DNA of 64,000 bases from the human T2T-CHM13v2.0 reference genome, Homo sapiens. Positions 62,120 to 64,000 of the stretch are shown here, one piece after another. A program made the position numbers and the translations under genes. The notes under the pieces were generated by a model, which did not search any database, had not been told where the DNA came from, and saw only the letters and a list, made by a program, of their open reading frames with translations. The stretch is from NCBI RefSeq assembly GCF_009914755.1, contig NC_060926.1; one strand, given 5' to 3'. Position 1 is the stretch's first letter, and each line of letters starts with the position of its first letter.

Positions 62120-62831
62120 TAAATATAAAGCAGAAGCCTAATTTTATATGTGCTCTTGGGGTGTAAAATTGTCCAATAAGAAGGAAATTAAGAGTGCATG
62201 CTGGAATCAACTCCTTATACTTCCTGATCTCACCATCTATTGTGTGGTCAGCTATTATATGTTAAAGCAATTATAGAAATGTGCGGCCTCAGTGTTCTTG
62301 GAATAATGCCTCATACTCACCAGGTTTGCTGTGTAGGATAAGAGTTTAGGAGAGGCCTACTGGCAGAAAGAGCATGAGATTTAATTCTCTTTCTAACTGC
62401 CATCTCTTTTACTACAAAGCAGGAAAATAATAGCTGCTTTAACTGTTGTGATGGCAGTGATGAGATAATCTACTTGAAAGCAGTTTACAAAGTCTTAAAG
62501 GATTTATAAGTGATGACTGACTTTTCGGTGCCTGCCCTATTCCTGTAGTCCAATGAATAAATCAATAATGGGATGATTTGGAGGTGAGAGTTTGAGATGG
62601 CAAATATTATTGTTAGATTTTAGTGTATTGAGATGAATTTAAGACAATAGATAAAACCTGAGCCCATGTGCTGATTTAGAGTAAGCTGAGGTGTTTTTTA
62701 AATATATTTCTTCTAGAATACACCTCAGCTTACTCTAAAATCTAAGACTTTGTAAACTCTTAATTTCCTTCTTATTGAACAATTTTATACCCCAAGAGCA
62801 CATATAAAATTAGGCTTCTGCTTTATATTTA
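62120..62831. repeat. 76-bp inverted repeat (62120-62195 and 62756-62831), 74/76 identical
   Basis: Manual reverse-complement comparison. Confidence 0.95.
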
Positions 62832-63349
62832 GAAAATTTCTAAATGGTTTATTTTCAGGATTTATGTTACTGAATTTGTGTGAGAATCATCAGAGCAGGG
62901 ACTATCTTTTGATTTTGTATACACCCTTGGTTATTGATAGACCCTTTAGAAATGACTCAATGTTTTGCCACAGTTCTTTGCTTGTAGATTGCTCTTCAGC
63001 TCAATACTGTTCTTGCCTTTTACTTCCAGAATTCATAACCTAATTGCTAAATTAGGTTAGTGATAATTAGTGATAGCTAAATCACCTCAGCCAATCTCTT
63101 AGGTACATACATCTCCTTAAACCAGTCTGTACTTCTCCCCTTTCTGATGCCAACTCCAACAGCCTCAGCCAGTCAAGATCTCCACACAGTCCCTTTGTTT
63201 TTCTACATGAAAATTGAAAAGTCAGATCAAGTTCTGCTAGGTTTTCCCCACAGTCTTTCTCTTAAAGATGAGGCAGATGGGGTAGGGCAAGTAGTCTTTG
63301 TTCTTCAATTACATTCTCATTTTGTGTTTCTTAAACCCTTCAGCTAATG

Positions 63350-63535
63350 ACTAAAAAACCGAGTGTGATCTTGAGATTAACCTTTCTATACCTTATTTTC
63401 CTCATATATAAAATGAAAATAATAATAGCATTTACTTCTCAGGGTTATTTGAAGTAGTAAATTAGTTTATACTTGCAACATTTATAATAACATCTAGAAC
63501 CTAGGAAGAACTAAGAAAGTGTCAATAATTTTTAT
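63350..63535 (+). mobile_element. MIR SINE
   Basis: Core tttcctcatatataaaatgaaaataataatagcatttacttc. Weaker MIR cores also at about 55495-55570, 60700-60820 and 62340-62520. Confidence 0.7.
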
Positions 63536-64000
63536 TATGACCCCCCTGTGTACTTCCTGAGATAGCTTCTACCCCAGTTGCAGCCTCCTGTCTGCGCATT
63601 GTGTATGTGTGTATATGTGTCAAAACAATTAGATAAAAATAGAAAAAAATCTACTTTTCAATTATTTATTTAAGAATAGGCTCATCAGCCCTGCCCAAAT
63701 GAAGAAAGATATTGAAGGCTATTCAAAATCAATATGAATGTCAACATACTTAGACAGATGGCCAACCTGCCTTGTGAGAAGCACAATGAACAAATCAATG
63801 AAACTCATTAGAAGGCACTTAAGAATAATAAATTATAAAGGAATAAATAATAATTCGGCAATGGCTTGGTTCCAGGAGCTTGAATTGAGGGTGTCAGAAT
63901 TGGAAACCACTTGAATATTCCCTGTATAAGTTAAGACAAGGTAAAATATATGAATCATTTTTGAAATGTTAAAACTTTTCCGTATGAACAAAGTGTATTG

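Overview
This window is AT-rich, CpG-poor primate (most likely human or great-ape) genomic DNA, not prokaryotic. It is dominated by decayed transposable elements: LINE-1 of many ages, seven Alus, MaLR/ERV LTRs (THE1, MST, MLT1, MER21, MER34-like, LTR14C-like), DNA-transposon MITEs (MADE1, Tigger4, MER82, MER85) and microsatellites. I found no supportable protein-coding gene, RNA gene or CRISPR array. The ORF track is explained by repeats or chance. I could not identify a new biological system. The most notable signals are: (1) an old Alu fused to a young L1PA2-type 3' fragment inside one perfect 18-bp TSD, with a possible short 3' transduction; (2) recent templated copy events, namely a 76-77 bp direct copy inserted into an old L1 and a 76-bp inverted copy inside a cluster of hairpins at 62.1-63.1 kb; (3) a MER85 with an intact CSB-PGBD3 binding palindrome; (4) a 51-bp perfect duplication in a HERV-K-type solo LTR. 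Subfamily names come from recalled consensus sequences, not from a RepeatMasker run. Boundaries of old elements are approximate.
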